Below are positions 36,411-44,288 of a stretch of 64,000 bases of DNA, piece after piece. Within the stretch, counting starts at the first letter, position 1. Every line of letters begins with the position of its first letter. The notes beneath the pieces were generated by a model. The model made no database searches. It saw only the letters and a program-made list of their open reading frames with translations, and was not told the origin of the DNA. The translations under genes were made by a program, and so were the position numbers. The stretch comes from a virus (lineage: Duplodnaviria; Heunggongvirae; Uroviricota; Caudoviricetes), in IMG/VR virus record IMGVR_UViG_3300020576_002722, positions 1 through 64,000 of that record; one strand, given 5' to 3'.

Positions 36411-37642
36411 TCCTGCCAGATGATTCGTTGGGTAGGGAGATCGTAGTGGAGCTGTCCCTCGTACCGGTCCCCGTACCTGTTCTTCCACATGGTGAAGTCG
36501 ATCAAGTACTTGTTATCAGGGTTGGTCAGGATGGATAGTCCGGAGGTGGCGTCGTTGGCCGGCACAGAGGACCCGTATACGTCGTCAGCCTCTGGCATGG
36601 ACGTCGGGGTCTCCAGCTTGCGCGGCTGCGCCAGTGCCATGATGGCCACGTCGCAAGCCAAAGAGATCCTGGTTATCTCATTGGAGACAGCCTCGATCCG
36701 ATCCACGGTAGACATCTGAGTGGCCGTCCGGACCCGTTGCAGATAGTCGATCACGATGAACTGTACGCCGTGCTCCTGTACCATCTCGCGGATGATCGGG
36801 TGCAGCATCTCCAGGTACAGGGAGTGGCCAGGTTGCCAGTGGATCTTGCCCCAGTGATCAGGCTTCGGTGTCCTCTTGTGCTTGTCCACGGTCTCCCGTT
36901 CCAGGTGGGACATGCGGCCGCTCTTGATGTGATTCCCGTTCACGCCGGTGTCCATCGAGATCAGCCTGTTCATGAGATCCTCTACCCGCATCTCGAACGA
37001 GAGGAACCCGCTCGATATGCCCTGCATTCGTAGGTTCCTCACGGCGTTCAGGGCGATGGCCGTCTTGCCCTGGCCCCTCTTGCCCATGACGATGTTCATG
37101 GTGCCCGGATAGTGCTCCCACACGTCGTCAAGGGGGCCGAACCCGAGCCTCAGTCCAGGCTTGTCGACCTTCCCGATCGATGCGGCCATGTCGAAGTCGT
37201 AGTCGGTCATCAGGTGACCGGACAGGTTGCTGTGCTTGGCGGCGAACGAGGTGATCGCCAGGATGGCAGGAGAGATATCGCCCGGCCTGGACGAGAGGAT
37301 CAATGTCTCCTCCAGCTTCTTCTGGAAGTCCTTCCGCAGCTTGATCCTGGCCACTACCGATACGGTGTGCTCCAGGTTCAATGCATCGGGAACCTCCATG
37401 ATAGCGGCAACAATCCTGTCGGCGTGCTCGTCGCTCCAAGCCTGTGCCCGGAACTCCTCACGCAGGGTGTCGACCGTGACATCGAACGACTCCCGATAGA
37501 TGCAGTCGCCCATGTCGAAGGCAAGCCGCATGTATGGATCCTCGAAGTGATCAGAGGTGACCGACCTGACGACGTATCCTGCCCTGCCGGTGACCATCGC
37601 CTTGATGATCTGTGCCTCGGCAACTACTGGTTCGTAGCTCAA
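36407..37642 (-). CDS. dnaB: replicative DNA helicase (DnaB family)
   Basis: It has an N-terminal DnaB-like domain, Walker A GKRGQGKTAIAL, the segment LSFEMRVEDLMNRL, and Walker B IVIDYLQRV. Confidence 0.9.
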   Translation of the reverse strand: MSYEPVVAEAQIIKAMVTGRAGYVVRSVTSDHFEDPYMRLAFDMGDCIYRESFDVTVDTLREEFRAQAWSDEHADRIVAAIMEVPDALNLEHTVSVVARIKLRKDFQKKLEETLILSSRPGDISPAILAITSFAAKHSNLSGHLMTDYDFDMAASIGKVDKPGLRLGFGPLDDVWEHYPGTMNIVMGKRGQGKTAIALNAVRNLRMQGISSGFLSFEMRVEDLMNRLISMDTGVNGNHIKSGRMSHLERETVDKHKRTPKPDHWGKIHWQPGHSLYLEMLHPIIREMVQEHGVQFIVIDYLQRVRTATQMSTVDRIEAVSNEITRISLACDVAIMALAQPRKLETPTSMPEADDVYGSSVPANDATSGLSILTNPDNKYLIDFTMWKNRYGDRYEGQLHYDLPTQRIIWQE

Positions 37643-37941
37643 AGTTTTCTGAGCCCAGGGCTCGTGTTGTTCGGGTCAAACATACCCTTTTTAGGCTCCG
37701 GTACAAAGAACTTTTTCTCCTGGAAGATGCCGTTCCAGTTCTGCGACATCGAGTACTCGATCGCGGCGATCACGTCAGCCTCGCTGGTGAAGTCCCTGAA
37801 CAGGCGCTTGATCAGCATGTGTTCTCCGATCGGCTTGTATGCCTGCTTCTTCTCCTTCTTGTAGGCGATCCACAGGTCGAATGCGTCCCAGAATGCATTC
37901 GTCACCCACAGTGGATTAGGTACTGGCTTCAGCTCTTTCAT
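37639..37941 (-). CDS. hypothetical protein (100 aa), possible replication accessory factor
   Basis: ATGA overlap with the helicase start. The function is guessed from position only. Confidence 0.55.
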   Translation of the reverse strand: MKELKPVPNPLWVTNAFWDAFDLWIAYKKEKKQAYKPIGEHMLIKRLFRDFTSEADVIAAIEYSMSQNWNGIFQEKKFFVPEPKKGMFDPNNTSPGLRKL

Positions 37942-37946
37942 GGCGG

Positions 37947-38687
37947 CTATCCGTTGTATGATCGACCGACATCTTGCGATGAGTCGTCTGACCTTGTGGG
38001 TATGTATTGGCCTCCGTCCGACTTGATGGACCCCTTCACGGTTCCATTGGTCTTCATGAAGTGCCTGAATCGTTCCCTATCTTCGGGCTTCCAGTCCATC
38101 TCCGGCTTGACCGGCCCCAGGTCATCCTCCATCTTCAGATCCTCCACATACTCCTCCAGTTGCTTGGGTTTCGCTGCAACGAAGGAGAACCAGTCGGGCT
38201 TCTCGTACTTGTTGGAGCCCTTCATGCCGGCGTTGATAGAGCTGGCTGCCATGAGCCACTTGATGTCGTCGTATACCTCGGAGGATGTCTGTATCCTGCG
38301 CACGCCATAGATGATCGTAGCGTGGTCCCTGCTGTACGCTGCGGCGATCGATACATAGGTCAGCCCCATCTTGCGCAGCAGCCACCAGGCCACCATGCGT
38401 GCATTGGCCGCCGTGGCATTGTACCTGAGACCGGATCGCATGATCTCGTCGGTCAGCCCGTGGCACAGTACCTCGCTCATGGCCGACAGTACAGCCTCGT
38501 TCGCCTTGGTAACGAACTCGGGCGAAGACATCGATTGCGACATCTTCTGTGAGGCACGCAGCTGCTTGTCCCGAAGGATGCAACCTGCCACGACTCCATC
38601 GATGTCCTTTGTCCCGAGGGACGCCCTCTGTCTGATGTACTTGGCCAGGTGGCCAGGTACCGTGATCGTCATCATCTCTGCTTCCAT
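37947..38687 (-). CDS. DnaA C-terminal (domain IV) HTH-like protein, putative replication initiator
   Basis: The sequence NARMVAWWLLRKMGLTYVSIAAAYSRDHATIIYGVRRIQ matches the DnaA domain IV pattern (R..A.YL.R..T..S...IG..F.RDH.TV.H....I). The ATG lies 1 nt after the tRNA-Arg discriminator. Confidence 0.65.
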   Translation of the reverse strand: MEAEMMTITVPGHLAKYIRQRASLGTKDIDGVVAGCILRDKQLRASQKMSQSMSSPEFVTKANEAVLSAMSEVLCHGLTDEIMRSGLRYNATAANARMVAWWLLRKMGLTYVSIAAAYSRDHATIIYGVRRIQTSSEVYDDIKWLMAASSINAGMKGSNKYEKPDWFSFVAAKPKQLEEYVEDLKMEDDLGPVKPEMDWKPEDRERFRHFMKTNGTVKGSIKSDGGQYIPTRSDDSSQDVGRSYNG

Positions 38688-38688
38688 G

Positions 38689-38760
38689 AGGCCCCGCCAG
38701 GAGTCGAACCTGGATCTAGCGTTTAGGAAACGCTCGTTCTGTCCATTGAACTATGAGGCC
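38689..38760 (-). tRNA. tRNA-Arg: tRNA-Arg (anticodon CCT)
   Basis: Sense strand: GGCCTCA-TA-GTTC-AATGGACA-GAAC-G-AGCGT-TTCCTAA-ACGCT-AGAT-CCAGG-TTCGACT-CCTGG-CGGGGCC-T. It is followed by C, then ATG (38687). Confidence 0.9.
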
Positions 38761-38764
38761 AAGT

Positions 38765-38841
38765 GGTGTCGGGTGTGAAACAGGATACCTGTCGTCGAAC
38801 CAGGTAAACGCCCCTGCGTTGCCTTCGGGGCACCCGACACC
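38765..38841 (-). ncRNA. structured element (11-bp closing stem, internal hairpin, T-arm-like hairpin) between a stop codon and tRNA-Arg
   Basis: Sense strand: GGTGTCGGGTG-[GCCCC GAAGGCAACGCA GGGGC]-GTTT-[ACCTG GTTCGACGA CAGGT]-ATCCTGTTTCA-CACCCGACACC. It starts 4 nt after the TAG at 38846 and ends 4 nt before tRNA-Arg. Confidence 0.45.
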
Positions 38842-38845
38842 GGGA

Positions 38846-39238
38846 CTACTTCTCTTTCTTGTCCAGGTCGTCCAGATCCTGGAGCTTGTCCTTGAGCTGC
38901 TTGTTCAGCATGTCCATACGCCACGCGTAGTAGTCCTTGAAGCTCTGGAATCCACTGGGCTGCTTCTCCCAGGTGCGGTACAGGATGTTCTTCATCCGCT
39001 TGCTCTTGCTTACCGGGTTGTCGTTCAGATCCGTGTCGAGGGCATCCAGCTCACTCTTCTCGGCCTGGGTCAATTCGGTCTCGGCCTTGAAGTACATGTA
39101 GCCGAAGGTGTCGATCATCCCGTGGATCTTGGCGATGTCCTCGGGAGTCATCTCCTGGGTCACGAACTTCAGCATCACGGTCCTGTCCTTCCGGTTGCTG
39201 TAACCGTCGAACTGTGCTGGTAGAAGGATCTTGCCCAT
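38846..39238 (-). CDS. hypothetical protein (130 aa)
   Basis: Clean ORF with a Lys/Asp-rich C-terminal coiled coil. Confidence 0.65.
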   Translation of the reverse strand: MGKILLPAQFDGYSNRKDRTVMLKFVTQEMTPEDIAKIHGMIDTFGYMYFKAETELTQAEKSELDALDTDLNDNPVSKSKRMKNILYRTWEKQPSGFQSFKDYYAWRMDMLNKQLKDKLQDLDDLDKKEK

Positions 39239-39241
39239 CGA

Positions 39242-39967
39242 TCAGAAGGCTTCATCTTCTTCACCGATCCCTGATCCCGGCACATTGCGTACGCCTTCAG
39301 CCACCTCCGCTGTTACGGGAGCCGTTCCGCCTGCCGCGATCAGCCGCTCCTTGGCCTGGGCCAGCACCACGTCACGCAGGAACTCGTTGCGCTCCAGGAA
39401 GGTCCACTCCATCTTCCCGGTCTTCGGGTTCTTGGCCTGGGTCGCCTCTGGCAGCCCATCGATATTCCCGGCCATCACCTTCTCGTCGTCCTGGTAGATG
39501 GCGATACCCTGCTTCAACGACGTCTTCCCTGTCTCCTTGTTGGTGGCCTCGAAGGAGTATGGGCTCAACTTGACGTCCTTTGTGAAGTCGATACCAGGTG
39601 AACGCATCAGGAAGTTCTCCCAGTGGCGCTTGAACTCAGGCAGGTCGACCCGGTACTTGGTACCATCAGCAGCCGTCAGGTGTACCGACAGGAACACGGT
39701 CTCCTCTCCATCGTACAGCTGTGCCTTGCGCTCGCTGAACGAGGTGATCCGTCCTTCCAGATTCTCGTGCTCGGTTCGGTACTTGTGGTTGCCATCCTTG
39801 TCGGTGGCCGGTTCGTCATGGTTCTTGCCCTTCATGACCTGCACCGCTCCTGGCGCTCCCTTCTCTGCCGGCAGCGTGAATACTCCGCCGCTGACCCCTA
39901 CCCACGTCTCGTTTCCCTTGCGACCTTCGTCGCCTCCTGTGCCTTTCGGCTTGCTCAATCCGCTCAT
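39242..39967 (-). CDS. putative single-stranded DNA-binding protein (T7 gp2.5-like)
   Basis: 241 aa, sitting in the replication block. The acidic C-terminal tip ends in an aromatic residue (GIGEEDEAF), as in gp2.5/SSB tails. This is inference; no strong motif was found. Confidence 0.5.
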   Translation of the reverse strand: MSGLSKPKGTGGDEGRKGNETWVGVSGGVFTLPAEKGAPGAVQVMKGKNHDEPATDKDGNHKYRTEHENLEGRITSFSERKAQLYDGEETVFLSVHLTAADGTKYRVDLPEFKRHWENFLMRSPGIDFTKDVKLSPYSFEATNKETGKTSLKQGIAIYQDDEKVMAGNIDGLPEATQAKNPKTGKMEWTFLERNEFLRDVVLAQAKERLIAAGGTAPVTAEVAEGVRNVPGSGIGEEDEAF

Positions 39968-39982
39968 GTTGTTGGTTGTTGT

Positions 39983-40357
39983 TTACTTGGTTCGTGTGAC
40001 CCACTCGTAGATCGAGTCGGCGTAGTCCTTGAAGTTGTCGAAGCTGGCTCCCAGAGCTGCCGCCGAGTTGACGCAGGCCATCCTGGTGATCCGCTCCTCG
40101 CGATCGAACTCGGCCACATCGAAGGGGCGGATCTTGGTCTCTTTGCCCTCGGCCTCGATCACAATGAAAGCGCAGTGCTTTCCGACCGTGAACGGTGGCG
40201 GGAACTGGCTTCCTTTTTCGTCCTGGTCCGGGGTCCAAGTGAGCCCCTGTGAACCGTCCGTGAATCGGACGAACCACTTGTGCCAGATAGCGCCCCCGCT
40301 CATACGGGTCGTGCCACGGTCCTCTACCGTGAGAGGTGTCGACTTGTGGACTTGCAT
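39983..40357 (-). CDS. hypothetical protein (124 aa)
   Basis: ORF. The start overlaps the upstream stop (TGATG). Confidence 0.6.
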   Translation of the reverse strand: MQVHKSTPLTVEDRGTTRMSGGAIWHKWFVRFTDGSQGLTWTPDQDEKGSQFPPPFTVGKHCAFIVIEAEGKETKIRPFDVAEFDREERITRMACVNSAAALGASFDNFKDYADSIYEWVTRTK

Positions 40358-41010
40358 CAGCAGTCGAATTTGATGGTGGCCTCCTCTTCGAGCGTGTTCA
40401 TCTCGGCCTGCGCCTCCTTGATGCGCTTGCCCAGGTCTGCGCCCTTCTCGCGGATGTGGCGAGCCTTCGCTTTGGCCGCCAGGTTCTCCAGCGTGTCACG
40501 TTCGGCACCCCAGCGTGCGATCAGGAACCGGTCCTTCGGCTGGAATCCGATCGTGTGGCCGGCTGCGCGAACCTCTTCGATCTTCTCCGGGCTTTCGATC
40601 TCCTGCCAGTCGACCACGCCGGGGATCTTTCCACCGGTACCGTACGTGTACCGGTGCCCAACCTCTCCGATAGCCACCGGATTGGGTGCCTTGTCATCGT
40701 AGCGGATCATGATCCGGCTGAAATGGCCCCCACGAAGCGCCAGCTTGATGTGTTCCAGTGCCTCCAGCGGGATAGCTCCGGACCTGTACTCCTTCAGCTC
40801 CATCTCGCGGGGGCACAGTGTCTCGAATGTGGCCACCATCGACGGGGTCATGTGCAGGTATGGGACAGGCGACTTTTCCGGCTTGGCGATGGATCCCTGT
40901 CCGGTGAGACCCAGCTCAGCCACCGTGGAGTGCCACTTGTCGAGAGCTTCCGGGTCGGTCACCAGATCGACCAGCTCTTCCTGGAGGTACGATTCAACTT
41001 GTGTGCTCAT
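40357..41010 (-). CDS. hypothetical protein (217 aa)
   Basis: ORF preceded by a promoter-like region at 41032-41080. Confidence 0.65.
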   Translation of the reverse strand: MSTQVESYLQEELVDLVTDPEALDKWHSTVAELGLTGQGSIAKPEKSPVPYLHMTPSMVATFETLCPREMELKEYRSGAIPLEALEHIKLALRGGHFSRIMIRYDDKAPNPVAIGEVGHRYTYGTGGKIPGVVDWQEIESPEKIEEVRAAGHTIGFQPKDRFLIARWGAERDTLENLAAKAKARHIREKGADLGKRIKEAQAEMNTLEEEATIKFDC

Positions 41011-41031
41011 GTTTGTTGGTTTGAGGTTGCG

Positions 41032-41059
41032 AATCTAGTGTGCGTTGTCGACTTGTCAA
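41032..41059 (-). promoter_or_regulatory. promoter candidate TTGACA-N16-TAGATT(CG)
   Basis: Sense strand: TTGACAAGTCGACAACGCACACTAGATTCG. TAGATTCG also approximates TAnnTTTG. There are 21 nt to the ATG at 41010. Confidence 0.45.
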
Positions 41060-41060
41060 C

Positions 41061-41080
41061 ATTCGTGTGACGAATAGTTA
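41061..41080 (-). repeat. 16-nt repeat TAACTATTCGTCACAC (copy 1) forming the hairpin ATTCG-TCACA-CGAAT
   Basis: An identical 16-mer occurs at 44805-44820. Both copies lie 54-55 nt upstream of a start codon. This copy contains the TAA stop of ORF 41078..41275. Confidence 0.6.
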
Positions 41081-41275
41081 GCCCACGATCTCGGTAGACA
41101 CGATCGTTGCCCCCGTGGCCGACTCGATGAATTTCTGTGCCGTATGCTCGGCCATCTCTTCGGTCTGGTATACCGGGTAGTCGATCACCAGGCGAACGGT
41201 CCTGTACTTGGCGAAGTCTGTTGCGTTGGCCGGGTTGCGCGGATCTGTGTCGGCCCCTTCTGGTATGTTGTTCAT
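41078..41275 (-). CDS. hypothetical protein (65 aa)
   Basis: ORF. ATGA overlap with the upstream gene. Confidence 0.55.
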   Translation of the reverse strand: MNNIPEGADTDPRNPANATDFAKYRTVRLVIDYPVYQTEEMAEHTAQKFIESATGATIVSTEIVG

Positions 41276-41865
41276 GATCTTGGTTGCTGTTTTAGTTCAC
41301 CTCTAAGGGCTGACAGCGCGGCCACAAGCGCCTCAATAGCCAAGTCCCGTGCTTCGGAGGACAGGGGGGAAGGACCGTAGACCGGGAACATTCTCACAAA
41401 GTCGCGTACTTCGGAGTAGGGGAACATCGCATCGTATGGGTAGCCTTCGGGAAGTGTGTCCTCGTAGATCCACGCCACCGGGGTCTGCTCACCTATCGCC
41501 TGCGACGGACGGAGGTAGCCGTGGTCGCGGGCGTAGCGCAAACCGGCACGGAAAGAAGCCCTACCTCGCGATCCCAATCCAAGGGCATCGGTCACTCGAT
41601 CTATCTCATCATCCGTGAGCATCTTCGGAGCACTCGCTTTGGTTTTTTCGCCGCGCCATTCCATCAGGGAAGCATTGTTACGCGCCAGCGCAATGGATAC
41701 GGGATCGCGCCCGACTTCATACTCCCCTGCCTGCGCCTCCTGTGCTTCGGCTTGGGCGATGCACTGGTCGAGCATCTTGGTAATGGGGTCGTGTTCGTCG
41801 CACGCCTTTGGCACGACAGCTTCGCGCAACTCGCGCAGTCTCTGGGATAGGGTCTTGTCGCTCAT
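41272..41865 (-). CDS. hypothetical protein (197 aa)
   Basis: The start MSDKTLSQRL is chosen at the ATGA overlap with the upstream stop. Confidence 0.6.
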   Translation of the reverse strand: MSDKTLSQRLRELREAVVPKACDEHDPITKMLDQCIAQAEAQEAQAGEYEVGRDPVSIALARNNASLMEWRGEKTKASAPKMLTDDEIDRVTDALGLGSRGRASFRAGLRYARDHGYLRPSQAIGEQTPVAWIYEDTLPEGYPYDAMFPYSEVRDFVRMFPVYGPSPLSSEARDLAIEALVAALSALRGELKQQPRS

Positions 41866-42185
41866 GGGAAAAGGGTTTTGAGGCGGGCGCGGAGGTCGTC
41901 CATCGTTGCGTTCCAATTTGGATGGCCGCGATCGTATTGCCATCCGTGATCGCTGCTATGGTCGTGCATCTCTTCAATGCCTTCCTCGATGTAATCTTCG
42001 AGAAACTCCATCAACTCATCAACCGTTTCCTCCACCGTAGGGGCCACCTCCTTGGGATGGGCGTCCTGCTGGCCACGGGTGTAGCCATTGATGAATCCTT
42101 CGGCACGGAACACGTCCGGGTGGATACGGTTGTCGCCCTTGCTCTTCGGGTACTCCTCCATCGCTATCTGTTCTGCTGTGGTCAT
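41862..42185 (-). CDS. hypothetical acidic protein (107 aa)
   Basis: The start MTTAEQIAME is at the ATGA overlap with the upstream stop. Confidence 0.55.
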   Translation of the reverse strand: MTTAEQIAMEEYPKSKGDNRIHPDVFRAEGFINGYTRGQQDAHPKEVAPTVEETVDELMEFLEDYIEEGIEEMHDHSSDHGWQYDRGHPNWNATMDDLRARLKTLFP

Positions 42186-42400
42186 GGCTTGGTGAAGAAT
42201 TTGGGTTCCTTCTTTCGCAGCTCGTCTGTTGCCGGGAATACGGTACCACGGAAACGATTGGACAACGGGTCGCGCCTTCCTTGCGTAATCTGAACTTTTC
42301 GCGCCTGACACTTGGCCTTGCTCGTGAACCTGCCTTCGCTAGTGAGTTCGCGCTGGTTAACGCAGTCCCAGAGATACCACTTGTCCTTGGTCTGTTCCAT
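42182..42400 (-). CDS. hypothetical protein (72 aa)
   Basis: The start MEQTKDKWYLW lies 25 nt after the upstream stop. Confidence 0.5.
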   Translation of the reverse strand: MEQTKDKWYLWDCVNQRELTSEGRFTSKAKCQARKVQITQGRRDPLSNRFRGTVFPATDELRKKEPKFFTKP

Positions 42401-42425
42401 GTGTTCAGGGGAGTTTGATTCCGCC

Positions 42426-42944
42426 TTACCGGGGCTTCTCGAACTTGATCGAGTCCTTCTTGTAGGTCTTGATGGCCGGGATGATCTCTTCCCCATCAGC
42501 CGTCCCGGTCACCATCCCCTTGTCGGCGAGCTGGGACGCTGTCTTGGCCTTGTCCTCGATCTCCTTCATCCTGGCCTTCAGATCTGCCCACTCAGGGATG
42601 TGGTCGTACTTGTACTCGGCCGCACCCTGCTGCGCCGACACCTTCCACCCCTGCATCTCTGCTACCCTTTTCGGATACGCTTCGAGTGCGGACTCCAGTG
42701 TCGGTGTCAGCCGCTTCAGCAGATCCTCAGCATGGTCCTTCACGCTCCTGATGGCGATGGCCACCGATATGACATCAGCTTCTCCCTGCATTGCGGCGTC
42801 GAACGCCTCGTTGATGTCTCCGATATTCGTGTCTGCCATCTCTTGTGGTTTGTTGAAGTGCTTGTCTTCGAGATACCGTTGGCGTGTGGTGTCGCCGCGC
42901 AGGTCATCCTGCTGTTGTTCCCACAGTTGCTTGCTTGCTCCCAT
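42426..42944 (-). CDS. hypothetical coiled-coil protein (172 aa)
   Basis: The start MGASKQLWEQ overlaps the upstream stop (TGATG). Confidence 0.6.
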   Translation of the reverse strand: MGASKQLWEQQQDDLRGDTTRQRYLEDKHFNKPQEMADTNIGDINEAFDAAMQGEADVISVAIAIRSVKDHAEDLLKRLTPTLESALEAYPKRVAEMQGWKVSAQQGAAEYKYDHIPEWADLKARMKEIEDKAKTASQLADKGMVTGTADGEEIIPAIKTYKKDSIKFEKPR

Positions 42945-43144
42945 CACCTCTTCGGTGTCAACAGTTGAAGGGCGAAAGATAGGGCCACGATGCCACCGGC
43001 GATCCACAGGATGCTGACCAGCTTGTCGGGCGTACGCACGGACGTGAAGAACGACCACGCGCTCATGAGGGCCAACAGGACTCCGATGATGGCGGGTCCG
43101 CCGCCCTGTTGCGACGGACCCCTGGCCACAGGTACCTGGATCAT
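42944..43144 (-). CDS. small membrane protein (66 aa, two TM segments)
   Basis: The sequence is MIQVPVARGPSQQGGGPAIIGVLLALMSAWSFF...LVSILWIAGGIVALSFALQLL. ATGA overlap with the ParB-like gene stop. Confidence 0.55.
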   Translation of the reverse strand: MIQVPVARGPSQQGGGPAIIGVLLALMSAWSFFTSVRTPDKLVSILWIAGGIVALSFALQLLTPKR

Positions 43145-43941
43145 TGGGCGACCGGGAATTTCTCGCCGTCCACAGAACGCATCCTCTGGATGTTCTTCTT
43201 CCCACGGAACGCGTTCCACGTCTTGATAGTGAGACCCAGCAGCTCCCCTCGGTACATCTTCTTGCTGGAAGAGGCGTTCTGGATCAGCACCGCTTGCAGC
43301 TTCTGGAGGGCACTTCCACGGGTGATACCGGTCCCTGTCAGCAGGGACGTCATGAAGGCGTCTGCATCGCTTCGGCTGTGCCGTGAGAAGATGAAGTGGC
43401 ACGCCGCTGCGATGGATGGCTGAAGTACGGCCGTCTTGTGATTGATGGCCACGGCCACGCTCTCACGGATCTTCGGATACTTCTCCAGCCACTTTTCGTA
43501 ATCCTGGTTGGTGGCACCTTCTGCGGTCAGGCGCGACCCGTAGGAAACGTTCCCGTCATCGTACAGCTTGACGATGACCAATGCCGCCGCAAGGGCCGCG
43601 TAGTTCTTCTCTTCGCGTACGGCGAAGGTGTCGGCCGCACCACGGCGGCGTCCGCAGTCGATCGTATCGAACGCCTCGGCATCGAGACCCGTGGACACGA
43701 GCGTGTCGAACGGAACATTGGCAGCCACGCAGGCGGCCAATCGGTGCTGTCCATCGATCAGCCGGTCCTGTCCAGCGAACTTGATGGACTCACCGTTCAT
43801 CTTCCAGCGCTCTTCGGTCATATCCTTGGCGTAGAGCCCTACCTGTTTGGGGCTCAGTGGCCTGTTGCGCTTGTTCATCAGCAGCCACCTCTGTGCCATT
43901 GCGGGAGTGACCCGCATCTTCTCTGTCCTTACCTGTGCCAT
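43141..43941 (-). CDS. ParB-like nuclease domain protein
   Basis: It carries the ParB N-terminal-domain motif LIDGQHRL and the typical upstream segment RPLSPKQVGLYAKDM. Confidence 0.8.
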   Translation of the reverse strand: MAQVRTEKMRVTPAMAQRWLLMNKRNRPLSPKQVGLYAKDMTEERWKMNGESIKFAGQDRLIDGQHRLAACVAANVPFDTLVSTGLDAEAFDTIDCGRRRGAADTFAVREEKNYAALAAALVIVKLYDDGNVSYGSRLTAEGATNQDYEKWLEKYPKIRESVAVAINHKTAVLQPSIAAACHFIFSRHSRSDADAFMTSLLTGTGITRGSALQKLQAVLIQNASSSKKMYRGELLGLTIKTWNAFRGKKNIQRMRSVDGEKFPVAQ

Positions 43942-43956
43942 GTGTGTGTGTGTGTT

Positions 43957-43970
43957 GAGGATTGTACCTC
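43957..43970 (-). promoter_or_regulatory. variant hairpin GAGG-UACAAU-CCUC upstream of the ParB-like gene
   Basis: It holds the same position as the UCACAU hairpins (directly 3' of a tRNA-like element), but the loop differs. A (CA)n tract follows before the ATG. Confidence 0.35.
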
Positions 43971-43972
43971 GC

Positions 43973-44012
43973 GGGCCTCCCGGTCTCGAACCGGGAAGAC
44001 TGCCTGTGGCCC
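43973..44012 (-). ncRNA. tRNA-like element T1 (acceptor plus T-arm)
   Basis: Sense strand: GGGCC-ACAGGCAGTCTT-CCCGG-TTCGAGA-CCGGG-A-GGCCC. It starts 6 nt after the TGA at 44019. Confidence 0.5.
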
Positions 44013-44018
44013 CGTTGA

Positions 44019-44288
44019 TCAGCTGAACAGCTCGTTCTTCAGCTCTTTGAGCATGGTCAGCCCCTTCTCCAAGCTGGCCACCTCGTCGAGCGCATCAATG
44101 ATGGCCGCCCCGGACAACGGCACGGCGGACTTCAGCGTGTTCACTTTGCGCTTCGCCGATGTGAGCGCCTTTTGGGTGGCCAGGATATCGCTGTCCAGTT
44201 GCAACGCTTGCTCGGCGTCCGTCTGAGCGAACTGCTCTGCCTCCACCACCGCCTTGTCCTTTGTCAGACTTTCCAGATACTTGCCCAT
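44019..44288 (-). CDS. small coiled-coil protein (89 aa)
   Basis: The start MGKYLESLTKDK is preceded by an A/C-rich leader. The composition is coding-like. Confidence 0.55.
   Translation of the reverse strand: MGKYLESLTKDKAVVEAEQFAQTDAEQALQLDSDILATQKALTSAKRKVNTLKSAVPLSGAAIIDALDEVASLEKGLTMLKELKNELFS

Noticed and set aside
35289-36446. Long antisense ORFs, for example 35289..36446 (+), 1969..3378 (-), 15081..16280 (-), 16305..17363 (-), 4240..5238 (-)
   Set aside because: They lie opposite genes with clear motifs or fibre repeats. Their Arg/Gly/His/Val-rich composition is typical of stop-poor antisense frames in GC-rich DNA.
43973-44012. tRNA 3'-half-like sequences as phage attachment (attP) cores or prophage-end scars
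   Set aside because: There are ten copies, all intergenic in one operon and all in the same orientation, with compensatory stem changes. No integrase is present in the window. This is not the pattern of att sites.
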